From Callorhinchus milii (taxonomy: Eukaryota), in contig NW_024704742.1 in assembly GCF_018977255.1 (NCBI RefSeq), positions 4,590,001-4,654,000 on the forward strand: DNA of 64,000 nucleotides, read 5' to 3'. The notes beneath the pieces were generated by a model that made no database searches, was not told the DNA's origin, and saw nothing but the letters and a program-made list of their open reading frames with translations. The translations under genes and the position numbers were made by a program. Shown in pieces: positions 1 to 12,933 of the stretch. The first letter of the stretch is position 1; each line of letters starts with the position of its first letter.

Positions 1-449
1 CAAACAAGATGACTTCAGTTTTGTTGACAATCAGCTGAAGGAATTTAAAATTCAGCCAGGATCTAAGGTCCGAAATTTCATCTCATTAAATCATTTGATT
101 TGATCATTTGATCTTAAAACTTAAGATTGTGTGGAATTGTGGAAATTTCTTAGATTTAGTTTCAATTTGAAAGTTGGTTTTCTAGAGGTCTTGAAAAGCT
201 GGGGTGAAATTTCAGGCCTTTTGTTCCAGGCCGTCAGATAGTTCTGGAAATGAAGACAGAGGTGGGTGGGTGTGATCCACAATCAAGTGACGACTGACTC
301 TTATCCTCGGCAGCAATTACTTTTGATTAGAAACCTGGGGCAGAAGCCTCTTCAGGCGATATATTTTTTAAAAATCCTTACATTTGATACAGCGCTTTTA
401 GTGTCATGTGGCGGTCTCAAAGCACTCCGCAAAATAAATCGGATAATTT

Positions 450-1260
450 GCCTGAATTACCAGCAAACATTTGACAATGTTCCATACGTGAGACTTTATT
501 GGCGAAGAAATAGAAAGCAGGAAGTGATGGTCAATGGGAAAAGCTGCAGTTCTGGAGGAGCCAGTCTGGATTATTGACTGTTGGATCCAATCACATTTTC
601 AAGATGGAAGTAGATAAATATTTGTTAGGTCGGGTGTCTATGTATTAAGGGATGTATTATTTCTATGTATTATAGCCCCTGTCTATGTATTTACACCTCC
701 TGTGTCTATGTATTAAGGGATATGGAGCAAGGCCGGGTAACTGCACCTGAGGTACAGATCAGCCACGAACTTATAGAATGGCGGAACAGGCTCGAGGGGC
801 TGAAAAGCCTCCTCCTGTGTCTGTGTTTATACTTTTCAAAAATCATTTGAGGATGCGTACTTTTTATTATTACTCCGTTATTGTCTGATACCAATTCATG
901 TGGTTAGGAGGCCAATGAAAAGGGAATTGCTAACATTCAAAAGGACCTGCATCTCTCCAGGGAACGGGCTATGAAATAACCCATTGTAGGTAATAGATTT
1001 TTATTGAAGGTAATTGTAATGTAATGCACACTAGAACAAGAAACATGAAACATTTCCAGTTTGATGCCTTTCTATTAGCAAGGAGGAAAAAGGGAAAGGA
1101 TTTGGGTGTGGTTACTGACCATTCACTGAGTGTTTCCACTCAATTGAAGTCTTTATTAACAAAGCTAATTAAATATCTTCTGCGCAATTGATTCTAAGTA
1201 GAGCCAGATTATTTTAACCCTCTATTAACTCACTGATGAGGGTATAATTTTGGAGGCAAT
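450..1260 (+). mobile_element. Old CR1 LINE RT fragment interrupted by a younger CR1 3' end (~592-830)
   Basis: Degenerate 'LNYQQTFDNVP' (DFQKAFDKVP-like) in ORF 266..577. The stretch 'gaatggcggaacaggctcgaggggctgaaaagcctcctcctg' resembles the reverse complement of the CR1 3' end at 13860-13910. Confidence 0.65.
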
Positions 1261-1894
1261 TTGCAGGGTTTTTTTAAAAACAGGATTTATTAATGTATAA
1301 ATCTGGAATTCCTGGAAATCTGATTTTCAGGAACACTCCAAAACATTGTACTTTCCCAGTGGGGTTCCGCCAACTTGGCATAATACTGGTAATATAGTTC
1401 TAATAATCGTTAGAATCGTTGCATTTGATATAGCGCCTTATGACATTGTTGAGACGTCTCAAAGTACTTCACAGGATTTATTATGTGATGGATTGACTGT
1501 GTATTTGGTGATTGCTGCTAAGTTTTCTTCATTAAGAAATCCTGATAAGGCCATTTGTGTGCAATGTAAGAGATAGTAAAGATGTAAATAAATGATCTAA
1601 TCAAACTATGATCGTAGAACTAAAGCATTCAAATAGAATATTAATACATTTTAAGTGAGGCTAGAAGTTAGATCTCCCTACAGTGCACTGGATATATGGC
1701 ATAGAGTTTGAATAAACCAGTTAGTAACAGTTAATCTGTGTGGCTCAGTGATTATATGGTCAGAATTAAAATAAGCACAATTTCTATATCGATGATCAAA
1801 TGTTCCATTAAACACTTCTGTAGTGACTGCCCTGGAAGATGGTCGGATGTATCTCAGGAGAGCAAGAGGAAACTTTGTAATTGTTTCTGAAGAG

Positions 1895-1896
<2 letters not shown>

Positions 1897-1926
<30 letters not shown>

Positions 1927-2187
1927 CCTTGCATTTGATATAGCGCTTTTCACGTCGGGAGGACGTCCCAAAGCGCTTCACAGAACACACTGTAAAGTGA
2001 ATTGACTGTATATTTGTGGGCGAACGCGGCAGCCAATTGCGCACAGCAATGTCCCACAGACAGTCGTGGATTGAAAATGACCAATTTATTATTGTTTTTG
2101 GTTTCGGAGGGATTATTATTAGGCTCTGTGTGGAGTAAGGAAACTTGCCCAAGGTTTCGCCCTCTGCCTGGAATTGAACTCAGGTCT
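1897..2187 (-). mobile_element. Young tRNA-derived SINE, 5'-truncated, (TTA)n tail
   Basis: Near-identical to the copies at 12612-12933 and 61566-61878. Flanked by aagagat at 1890-1896 and 2188-2194 (TSD). Confidence 0.9.
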
Positions 2188-2412
2188 AAGAGATTAACCC
2201 TTAATGTACGATATGATTTCTGATAATTCTTTCCTCTGATTCCAAGTGTTTTAAACCAACTGTAGCAGCCAGTCTTAGGACTAAAGTGCACGTTCAAGCT
2301 TCAGGCTTGACATTGTAAGACATCACAAGAGTTGTTCAGCTGAAAAAAGACTTTGATCTCATCCTTCTGTCTACCTAATACAGCAATCAGCTGTTAGTCT
2401 ATCAGATTGTAG

Positions 2413-2800
2413 GTGTCAGCCTGGCTCAATTAATAACACTCTCGTGTGGGTTTTGAACTCACAATCCAGGTTGGCACTACATTACAGTGCCAGGGAGCAC
2501 TGCAATGTTGGAGGCAATCAGATGAAATGTTAAACAGAGGTCCCATCCGCCTGTTCGAGTGGACATTAAAGATCCCGCAACACTATTCGAAAAGAGAACG
2601 GAATTTCTCCTGCTGTTCTGGCCAACAATCCCTGGGTTAAAATTGATCACTCCCTTCATGCCTGTTTGTGGGGCTTAGCTGTGTCCTCCCGTGTTTGCTT
2701 ACAAATACACAGTCACTCCACTTGACAGTAAATCCTGTGAAGCGCTTTGAGACATTTGAATGACTTGATAAGACACTATACGGAAGTTTATTATTATTAA
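2413..2800 (+). mobile_element. Older Deu-domain tRNA SINE (SacSINE1/AmnSINE-like)
   Basis: Degenerate tRNA head, Deu-like core 'gttaaacagaggtccc...gtggacattaaagatccc', and L2-type tail ending ttattatt. Confidence 0.75.
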
Positions 2801-2811
2801 GATGCTGTACA

Positions 2812-2980
2812 GTATAATTTAATTATATATTATTCAATGCAATTTATATCGTATAAATTATATATGTATATTTATTTATTTAAATTATACATAATTTATC
2901 TAATTATATATCATTTATCTAATTATATATAATTTATCCAATTATATATAATTTATATAAATGATACAACAATAATTTTT
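2812..2980. repeat. AT-rich low-complexity tract
   Basis: Repeated aattatatat/atttatct units. Confidence 0.8.
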
Positions 2981-5324
2981 GGCAAATATTGCCGCACTTT
3001 TCTATTGGCCCAGCACAGCTTTGTTTGGAACAAAGCCAGAGAGGGAGAGAGAGATGATTCATAGTGGGGTGGGGCGTAGGGGTGCGGAGGTTTGGTGGGT
3101 AGGGGGGGTAAAGGAAGAGGTCAGGGAAGAGGTGAGGAATAGACATGAAAAAAAATGCAGCCTGGAGGGTTTGAAAGACCGCGCACTGAAGTGACGTCGC
3201 ACAATAGTTTGAGTTGTTGATCCAGACGGGAGATTTTCAAAAATGGCGTCATCGCGCCTGGAACGCCGAACCTTTGCCTCACCCCCCACCCACCCACCCA
3301 CCCACCCACCCCTCTCCGAATGTCACTGCCTCGCTCGCTCTCCCGACCTCACCGCTCGTTTGCTCCTATCTGACCTCCAAAAGTGTCTGATTATTATTAT
3401 TAAGATGCTATATAATTCAATTTATGTTAGTTTGTTTACATCATGAGGACATATCACAGCGTTTGACAACGCTGGATAGGGAGGGAGGAGTAAAATGATT
3501 AAAAAGCAGAGTCAAAGAGGTATATTGAGAGATGCCACATCAAATTGACCTCCTTGCCTTGTTTGTTGCTGATTCATACTGTTTTGACATGATGAGTGAA
3601 GAGTCAATATCCCTAGGATTCTTTCAACTTATTCCTTGGCAAGCTCTGCCTCATCCTTGGAGTACACAACTCAAGGACAGCGAGGCTAATCTTCCCACAG
3701 CACTGGTGAAGATCAGCAAATTCAGCACATCGAGGAACAAACCAATTACCTTCCTGTTCCGTGCAGCTCAATGCCATGCCACTCGACACTTAATCATTGA
3801 ATTAATATATTGCAGCCTATGGCTGGATCAAGGCTCCTGTGGAGGAAGATGTATCTCTGATTTTGCTAACTGAATTCACTACTTGCTAAGTCTCTTTCCT
3901 CCTACATATCTCAAACTATAACCTGTTTTATATAGCCTCCGCCTTGCCCCTTCCTTCCCCATTTTCAGGTCGTGCATGAAGACCTTCCTTTTTGACCGTG
4001 TCTACGGTCACCTCCCCACCCCAGGGGCACTATATAAACGTTGTTGTCATCATTTTTCCCTTGAACCTATCCATTGTCTCAGATTGCTGGGAGGCTTGGA
4101 GCATGTTTAATACTGCACACTTTTTTTAGGTTGCTATTGATGTTAGACGTGCTCCCCATGCCCCCATTCTGGGGAGAAAATGGCTCAATGTTTCTCCTCT
4201 GTGTCACGTGAAGCCATTTCCTGTCCATTATCCCCGTGTAATTCTTATGCTCCAAAATGAAAGAGCACCAGAGATGATTGTATGGTTTCATGAATATAGA
4301 TTTCTTGGCTTTCTGCATGCTTCCTTTTGCCAACTAAAATAGTGCTTCCAAGTAACAAAAGACTAAACTGGGATTGTCACTGACAAAATAATCAGAAGTA
4401 AATTACACCCATACACCCTTACACATCCTTCTACTTAGCTTGATCTCTTCTGTTGTAATTAGGGTATGATCTGCAGTATTTCTGTGAACTATGAAAGTAC
4501 TGACAATAATATGATATAACTCTACATTGTTCACACAGTCTAAATCAAACTAATGAAACAGTTCCAAGTCACTTGTGAATAATTTGGAGAGTGAGTTGCT
4601 TCAGTTGACGTGATCCATAATGTTGTATATAGAATTATAATTGGATTGGGCATTTGGCAAGGAACCTATGCCATCAGAGGGCAATCATTCCTGCACCATT
4701 ATGTAAAAGACCTTTAGCAAGGGGGAAAGAAGGGAACTAACAGAGGAGCTGGATAGCGCTGTAACTTTCTGACATAACACGTTATTTACTTTGGTTTAAA
4801 AGCTTAATTAGCATATTGGATACCAGGGAATACTACTTTCTCTTTCGAATCGTATATGAGATGCTTAACGTCTACCTGAACAGGCAAAACAGGACCTTGA
4901 TTTACAACAATAACAGAAACTTGCATTTATATAGCGCCCTTCATGAGGGGTAGCATCCTGGAGCGCTTAAATTTAACGTCTCATCTGAAGGCAGCACCTC
5001 TGACAATGCAGCATTTCACCAGCACTCTACTGAAATGTTAGTTTAGACTGAGTTCAAAGACCTGACACAACACACAACCTCCTAATTCATAGGTTAAAGT
5101 GTTGCTAACACAGCCAGGCTGTTCCTCATCCAAGGGATACTGACCTAACTGTCTGAGTTTAGACAATATCCTGTGGATAAGATCAGAGGGAGAATTTTCC
5201 ATGTTTTGCAAATGACGAAGGAGACCTAACTAAAATCATGAGGCTATTTTGATTCTATTTTTCCAAATATAACTTCAGCAGCTTTAGAATAACCTGCTTA
5301 GGTTGGAGATAAGCAGGGTCATTT

Positions 5325-5870
5325 GGGACTGAGTTGTCTCCAAGGTGATATTCCAAGCATTTTGTGTGGAATCGACTGAATCCACTCAGTAGTTTGGTTC
5401 GCTGAACCCTTCAAGGCACTATTGGTGAAGAGCAGCCATCCTGACTCGTGGGCTACATGTGGAGGAGCAGACCAGTAACTGGGGGCAGGGATTGTTTCTA
5501 TGAAGCTCCTATTAATCCTGCTAACCCAAACCCTAACAGATATATGGTGGTCCTAGCTGGACAACAAGAACTTGCATTTATGTAGACCACTTCGCACAGG
5601 AGAGCAACAACAGAGTGAATCTTGCCAGACAGTGGTTGCAATTGAAAGGTGTATAGTTTAGCTGATTAAAACCCAGCAGCACTTAATACTTAATACTTTC
5701 CAGGATCCATTGAGCAGGATGCTTTCCTCCAAGGAGAGAAAGCACACTTCATTCCAGACACAGGAAAATTCCCATGCATATTTTGAACTCTCAAGGATTT
5801 CCGGGGGATACTCTTAAGCGCAATAATGTGTTTCTATGTTATATCAAACACCTGGCTGACCAAAAAAACA
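5325..5870 (+). mobile_element. Unidentified ~0.6 kb non-coding retroposon, diverged copy
   Basis: Shares 'tccaaggtga', 'ggtcctagctggacaa' and the terminus 'cacctggctgaccaaaaaaa' with 16767-17344. Confidence 0.7.
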
Positions 5871-5929
5871 CAAGGAAATGTCTTGTGACTGTAAAGTTAC
5901 AATCTAGAATCTGAATGACTTCCTTAATA

Positions 5930-6300
5930 ATAACCTTAGATTGAGCGAAAAAACCATCTCCAGCTCTGCAACGGACATCTCTTCATTGTATACATATGTT
6001 TAGTGTCTCTTGTTCCAGTTGGTATTGCAATGAATTTAGCTACAATGAAATCCATCTACCAATGCAGAGTACATCCGTTAATTGGCCCTGATTTTCCCTT
6101 ATGCTATTTATGCTCCTGATATTAGTCACCCGCCCAAACAGTTTGGAATCAAATCAGCAATTGTAGTGCAAGGCACAATCTCTTCCAAATCATTTATGAA
6201 TAATTTCCTGCAGCAAAGGATTGAGTAACTGACTCTACGAAAGGCAACCACCTCTCCACACGTTAGTAATGCAGTATATCCACCCGCTGGTGAGACAGTC
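5930..6300 (-). mobile_element. Old CR1-like RT fragment
   Basis: 'KLFINDLEE' in minus ORF 6126..6449, followed by a degenerate ADD-like region. Confidence 0.5.
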
Positions 6301-6827
6301 TCTTTATATGCAGATGACCCAGTACCTCTATAAGATGGTGAACGAGTTCTCTCTATATGCTGGTCATTGAGTCCCTTCACATGCTGGTGGCATATTCCAT
6401 CTGATACTCCAGAGCAGTGCTGGAGGTATACTGAATTATTGGAGGACAAGGATTCAACTGATCACTTATTTCAGTCTTTGCGGTGGCTATGAGGGCACTT
6501 TAGGGTCTTCTCAAAAACTGTTAGCCTTTCTGTTGTATCTTGAAGTTTCCAGTTGGATTGACTGCTATTGGACTTTCCAGTTTTTTTTAGCTGTGCTTGT
6601 GGGCAGTGTGTGTGACATTGTTATGGTAATGTGGTTAGCAATGGAGACCAGATCTTGAAGAATTTTCCTGATTCAGACTTAACCAGTCCAGAAATTTACA
6701 GAACGAGCGTTTATTGATTCCCTACAGTTTCCTTGAGTTTGCCAATTCCTGCGCTGGATGTTCTTCCTAATGAAATATGCATAAGAGAATGAAGTGACTT
6801 GTCAGCTTGGCTCATAGCACTCTCACG

Positions 6828-7280
6828 TTTTTGTGGTCAGCCAAGTAGTATCTAATACATGCAGAAACCCATTAACGTGCATAACAGCATCCAAACCAAA
6901 CTACTGAAGAGTTCCACGGGTGTATAGTTTCTGTTTGTCTGGTATGGAGTGTAGCTTGGGGACCTGGGTGGATATGCCAGAGCACTGCTAGAGTTTAACC
7001 AGGTGAAACTACACAGTTTACTACTGATAAGCTTCCTGCTGCTTGTCCAGGTAGGACCATTCTACCTGTTAGTGTTTCGGCTTGCAGGGTTAACAAGAGT
7101 TGAATGCGAAGATTTACAGTCCAGTGACTGGTCTGCTCGTCCAAAGAGCCAATGAGCCAAGCTGTAATCAATATTGCCCTGGAGTACTTTGCACCTGCCA
7201 GGCTCAGGAACTACTTCAAAGAGTTGACTCATTTCCGATATTCCATTACCAGGCATGTCACTTTGGAGCCAAATGAGTCC
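6828..7280 (-). mobile_element. Unidentified ~0.6 kb retroposon, diverged copy
   Basis: Reverse-complement matches: 'tttttgtggtcagcc...gcagaaaccca', 'ctgcttgtccaggtaggacca', 'gtcactttggagcca'. Confidence 0.75.
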
Positions 7281-7899
7281 CAAATAGATACGATTACCAC
7301 CAAGAAGAACAGAGAACACCACCCTTGTTCCGATGCCAGAAGGTTGAGGATTAGGGGTTGAAGAGCCCCCTCCCACAATCAGGACTTGAGTTCATAGACT
7401 GGGCCAATAGTCCAGGGCAGGGTTGGGGGAACTAAATTGTTGGAGGTGCTGTCCTTTGGATGTTCACCTCATAGCTGGTCAGGGACCCTGGTGGTGTGAA
7501 CAAACTGTCACATTTGCCTACATATTGCTTGTTTCTTCCTTTATTCTACCTTTAACTCAAAGCAATAATCCCATAATGTTTACCATTGTTGTGGCCCCAT
7601 CTATTATAATGATAGGGAGTTTGCAAAGGAGAAGACAAAAGGAGATCATGAGTATGAACAACAAATTAGTCCCAGTTACTGGCAATTGGCTGTCCCATTA
7701 CGCCCACAAAACACAGTCACAACACTTTACAGTACCTGTGAAGCGCTTTGAGAGGTCTCGAAGATGTGATAAGGCATGATATCAAATGCAAGGATTATTA
7801 TTATTATAATTTATAATTCTGATTTAATACACACGCTACCACGAAGAGATAACCATTTTATCAGTTTGTGGCAGCACTTTCTCTGTATGTCTTAACATA

Positions 7900-8262
7900 A
7901 GGAATCATCCCACTCAGCTCCTGTTAACCCTGCAAGCCAAAGCCCTAACGGGTAGGCTGGTCCTAGCTGGACAAGCAGCGGAAAAGTTTGCTGGACACCA
8001 AGATCAACGGCAAGCTATGGTTTTTCCCCTGGATAGACTCCAGCAGTTACCCCAACGCACACTCTGGGGTCCCCAAGCTTTGGCTTTTGCCAACCTGCAC
8101 CTGATACTTTCCAGAGTTAGGTAAACAGGATGCATTCCTCCAGGGAGATTCCATTCCAACAATTTATCTCTGGAATCTCCATTTGTAGATGGGATGTATG
8201 GAAATCTCAGCTTGGCTTGGACACTCTTAAGCACGTTTCAGACACCCGATTGACCAAAATAA
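7900..8262 (+). mobile_element. Unidentified retroposon, 5'-truncated copy with (AAAT)n tail
   Basis: High similarity to 16950-17344; ends 'gacacccgattgaccaaaataaataaataaa'. Confidence 0.85.
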
Positions 8263-9229
8263 ATAAATAAATAAAATTAATTTGCTATATCCGGGAGAGT
8301 TCAAAAGAGTGGGACCATAGGAGACTTCAGTGTAAACTCAATCATGGGTGACATGGGGAGTCAGTGGAGCCGGGCGAGGATGGGAGTGATAGGATCACAG
8401 AGCCTGGTGCGGGAACAGTCACGAGCTGCAGAGTTCTGGATAGTCTGTAGCTTGTGAAGAGAAGAGGTGGGTAGTCCAGGGAGACGGAATAATTTTAGCG
8501 AGCAGAGAGATCACCCTACCAACCCGCCCACTCCCTCGGCTTGGCACATCCCCCGCCCAGCCCGCCCCACCATCAGCTCATCCAAATCCAATTTAGATGC
8601 TCACCTTCAGATGTCCCGAGCCTTGGGATGTCCTCCCAATGTAAAAGCTGCTATATATATATAATATATAATACATCTGTAAATTTGTTATTTTTGTTTG
8701 TTGGAGAGAGTGTAGGTGTTTCATGGAGGGCAATGTGAAGGGGACAGGCAGCTGTGGAGTTTGCAGGACTGGGTTGGAGGGATGGGGAGAGAGAGCAGGA
8801 TTTGGAAGCAAGGGTAGGGTGGGGTAGGGGGTTGGGAGAGCAGCACAGGCATCCTGTATATTTGGCCTTCTGTCGCAACCCTATTATTATTCAACATTGC
8901 CAAATGTTTTGTGGATGTACTTCTATCCAGATCTACTCTTAATTTTAAAATGATGTCTTGTTGTGATCTGCTCCCAGCTAGAGCGAAGTCTAGTTTCCAA
9001 TCACCTTGTCAGCTTGCTTTTCTTTCTTTAAAATAACTTATCTCGTAACAGCGGTATCTGATGTGTATTTCATTTGCGAAGCTCAAAGTTAACCAGGTTT
9101 TACAGAATATCCTACGAACAACAACAACAAAATAACATTTGGACGTCCTCCCAACGTGAAAGGCACTGTAACAAATGTAAGGATTATTAAAATTCTTGCA
9201 GGATATTATAATTCAATCTCACCCAGCAG

Positions 9230-9900
9230 TGTCTCATAGCAACATTTCTTTATTCCAGCTATCACCGTGGTGAATAGTCACTGAATGCACCTAAAGCGAA
9301 GCACCCAGAACTGCACATAGCATGAAATCTGACCAGCATCTCTTTGCTTTTATATTTGAGACCTTTATGATAAAGCTCAGTATCCATTAGCCTTTCGGAT
9401 TTCTTTCATTATCTGCCAACTAGTTTTTAATGGCTTACGCACCTGGATCTCTAAATCCCTTTTCTCATCCAGCCCCTATATCTTCCCCATTGAGAATATA
9501 TTCCCATCTGCCATTGTCTCATTTAAAGCATACTACATCATACTTTGCCACGTTGCCCTGTTCCCTCTGCCACAGCTCTGTCAACTCACTCAATCGGTCT
9601 TTGTCTCCACGCCGATTATAATGGCAAGTCACATTAGGGGCTGACACTGCCAAAGGCTATCTGCGTAACCCTCAGCAGAATTTTTGCCTATTAGTGTCTT
9701 CAGCAAACACCAGGTCTTTCTGTACAGAGTGAAAACCGGGGCCCAATCTCGATCCCTGAGGCGACGTAACCTTTCACCTTCCACACATCAGATGATGCCC
9801 CTTTAATCGTCTTTGTCTGTCAGATTTACTCGTCTGCATGCAACGCTGTTCCACATTTATAAATTTTTAGTAACATATTTTAGTATCTTGCTGCTCGTCA
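9230..9900 (-). mobile_element. Highly decayed CR1 RT region
   Basis: Degenerate matches to the CR1 at 14300-14850 ('cccagaactgcacatag', 'gtgtcttcagcaaac', 'gatccctgagg'). Confidence 0.5.
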
Positions 9901-10549
9901 TGTGTTTAGATCACTTAGACATGCAGTGACAATCTTAGAGTGAAGTTTTCACGGCTGATTTTCACCAGGATCGCTGTGCCACTTGGAGTCCCAGTGTTAA
10001 CGTCTTTACATTGTTAAGACAACCCTTCGACTACACATTTAAAAGAAAAGCTATTTTCATACAGCAAACACCACAGCATTTTGGATACAGTAGTCCCAAT
10101 AGAAATCACGATATCATCATGCCCACTAACCTCTTAACAAATTACATTCTTAGAGTCCCAATAGCCCTTCAACACTGACGTATTGAGGTTCTACAGGATA
10201 TGATATAAGCCTCCTCTCACTCTGCCCTCCCTCCTCCCAGCAATGTTAATTGAGGTGGATGGCGGTTAGCACCAGGCTTTGTAGGAAATGTAGGTGGAGC
10301 TTGGAAAATCATTTCATATCTAGTCAAGGGAGAAGGGCAAGCACTCATCCTAGAAGTCAGACATTGCCTTTGAGACAGTCTGCTTAAAAGCAGATACTGC
10401 GTGACTAAGCAGTTCCTAAACCTTTTTCTTGATTCTCTTTAGTCGCTGATCTATTTGTTTTTTTCTCTCTCTCTCAAATATCTTGGTCTTTCCCTCATGT
10501 TTTCTCTTTCTTGCACTCACGTTTTCCTGTTCCACCGCTGTTACAAGAT

Positions 10550-10710
10550 ATAATAATAATAATCCTCGCATTTGATGTAGCGCCTTATCACGTGGTTGAG
10601 ACTTCTCAAAGAGCTTCACAGAATATACTGTAAAGTGGATTGGCTGCGTATTTTGTGGGAGAAGTGCAGTAGCCAGTTTGCGCACAGCAGTGTCCCGCAA
10701 ACAGCCAAGA
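10550..10710 (-). mobile_element. SINE 3' part (Deu end plus L2-type tail)
   Basis: (AAT)n followed by 'cctcgcatttgatgtagcgccttatcacg', as in other copies. Confidence 0.85.
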
Positions 10711-11679
10711 GAATGGGCTTAGAATTGGAAGTCACCAGAGGTGACTTAGCCTGACAATCGCTTTAAGTTATTTCTCGGTTGAGAAAAGTTGCTTTCTGTT
10801 TCTGTTGGTAGCTATTGAACCAGAGAATGTAACTTGGAAAATTAAGTGGCCTGCTTAAAGCTTGTTTCTCTCTTGCTTACGTATGTGCCTGTTGACTCTG
10901 TGGTAGCCGGGTTTCAAAAGATAATAATCTCCTGGCGCAGTCTGCTACTGATCAAGCTCTGCACTGAAATGGAGACTACAGTTCCAATCACAAGACCTGG
11001 TGTTCAACACCTTCGGGGTATATCTGTACTGCTGTTTCCGACTTCTTCCTGAAAACCAAAGCACTCAACTTAACATTAAGAATTATTAAAAATTATTTCT
11101 GCAGTTCCAAGCCTTTTATTTTCTCCCCAAGCTCCTAGTTATTGGTTCAAAACTCTTGTGGTTAGGTTTAAATATCAGAGCAATACGATATAGCGCAGTG
11201 AATTGTCATTGTCTCTCCTTGCCTGGAGTAAGTTAGGGTAGGTGGGTGCACCACAAATATGAATGAGCCTAATGAGTCAGAGGAAGCTGCTTATTAATGT
11301 ACGGACATGATGGGAGAATTACAGTATGGCTTAGAGATGTTTTCTGAGCAGGCATTAATGTTACCGCTCTACACATAGCTGAAATATTGCATGTGATAGC
11401 TGTTGAGCTGCTCGTAGTCATTATCTGCACACACAGGCAAATCACTCCCCCCAAATGCTTTCTCCTTAACTCACGCCAATAGGGAAGTTAAAACACATTA
11501 TGACAAAGTAGGGGCATAAATCTACAGAGGCCCACAGCGCACCTGTGTGCAGTTTATGTTTAAGGGAAGTGTGTTTATGTGTAATATTTAACTTGCATGT
11601 AGAGCTGTGATGTTATGGATAGTGCATAATGCTCTAATTCTCCCACCAGGTTCTGCACAGAACTGCTTACATTAGGTAT

Positions 11680-12272
11680 TAGGTGGCTCACCTGGCAGCG
11701 TTCTCGCTTCGGAATCAGAAAGTGGTGGATTCAAGCCCCAGGTTGGGACTTTAAGCTCACAGTTTAAGCTGTTATAAGACCCTCCTCTTCTGTCTCAAGA
11801 CCGTCCTCTTCGACCTCTCCTTCGGCCACCCCTCCTGATCCCAACCCCCTGCCCGGGTTCAAATCCCTGACTGTCCAGCGCCTTGGGATGTCTTCCAGAT
11901 GTGAACAGAGATATACACGTGTAATTTGTTGTTGTTGTTGCCACACCAACACAGTGCTGCAGGAGTGTGTTGTTGGAGGTGCCGTCCTTCAAATAAGACA
12001 TAAAACTAAAACCCCGTCTGCCTGTTCAAATGAATGTTAATAATCCCATGGCACGATTCGAAAACAGAAGAGAATTTCTGACCAACAATCCACCAAAGAA
12101 AATACGTAATTTACTTCATGGCTGTTTGAAGGACTTTGCTATGTGCAAATTGGCTGCTGTGTTTGCCTACACAAATATATAGTCAGTACAATCTACAGTA
12201 TATCCTGCTAAGTGGTTTGAAACATCTGGAAAGCATGATATGGTGCCATATCAAATGCAAGGATTATTATTT
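11680..12272 (+). mobile_element. Deu-domain SINE with a nested L2 3' end (~11765-11940)
   Basis: tRNA-like head at 11685-11750. The insert ends 'ttgttgttgttgttg'. The Deu core resumes 'ggaggtgccgtccttc' and the copy ends 'atcaaatgcaaggattatt'. Confidence 0.75.
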
Positions 12273-12611
12273 TTTATCCTTGTCTTTTAGCAGTTTGAAG
12301 CCTTTGCGAATCGTTTCCAAGTTGTGATATGTGCAAAAGGCATCTGCGGTGATATTAGCAACTTCCAGTTTGTGCAATTCACAGCTGTTGTGTCCCAGGT
12401 CAGCAAAGTCTGTAAAAGGCCAGCAAGTAAAAACAGCCAACCTCTCCTTACACCAGATTGATCACTGGCCTTTTATCGGACGTTGGTGACTTGAGGATCA
12501 CAGGCCTCAAATTTCACCGAAGATGTCACAAAACAGAAGGTCCGGTCAATGCAACAAATCTGAAGGCAGTTGTGAGGCCTACAGATGATGCTTGTCTCTC
12601 TTCTCTGTAAT

Positions 12612-12933
12612 GGAGTCCTGTAGCTCAGTGGTTAGAGCACTCGCTTTACAAGCGAGAGACCCGAGTTCAATTCCAGGCAGGGCGAAACCTTGGGCAAGTT
12701 TCCTTACCCCACACGCCTAATAATAATCCCTCCAAAACCCCCCAAAAAATAATAAATGGGTCATTTTCAATCTACGACTGTTTGTGGGACATTGCTGTGC
12801 GCAATTGGCTGCCGCGTTTGCCCACTAATATACAGTCAATTCACTTTACAGTGTGTTTCTGTGAAGCGCTTTGGGACGTCCTCCCAACATGAAAAGCGCT
12901 ATATCAAATGCAAGGATTATTATTATTATTATT
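12612..12933 (+). mobile_element. Full-length young tRNA-derived SINE (tRNA head, CORE-like start, Deu 3' part, L2-type tail)
   Basis: A box TAGCTCAGTGG, B box GAGTTCAATTCC, anticodon arm CTCGC-TTTACAA-GCGAG, tail 'gcgctatatcaaatgcaagga(tta)n'. Confidence 0.92.

Noticed and set aside
12612..12686. Genuine tRNA gene
   Set aside because: It is followed by a SINE body and tail, has an imperfect acceptor/T arm, and the anticodon varies among copies.
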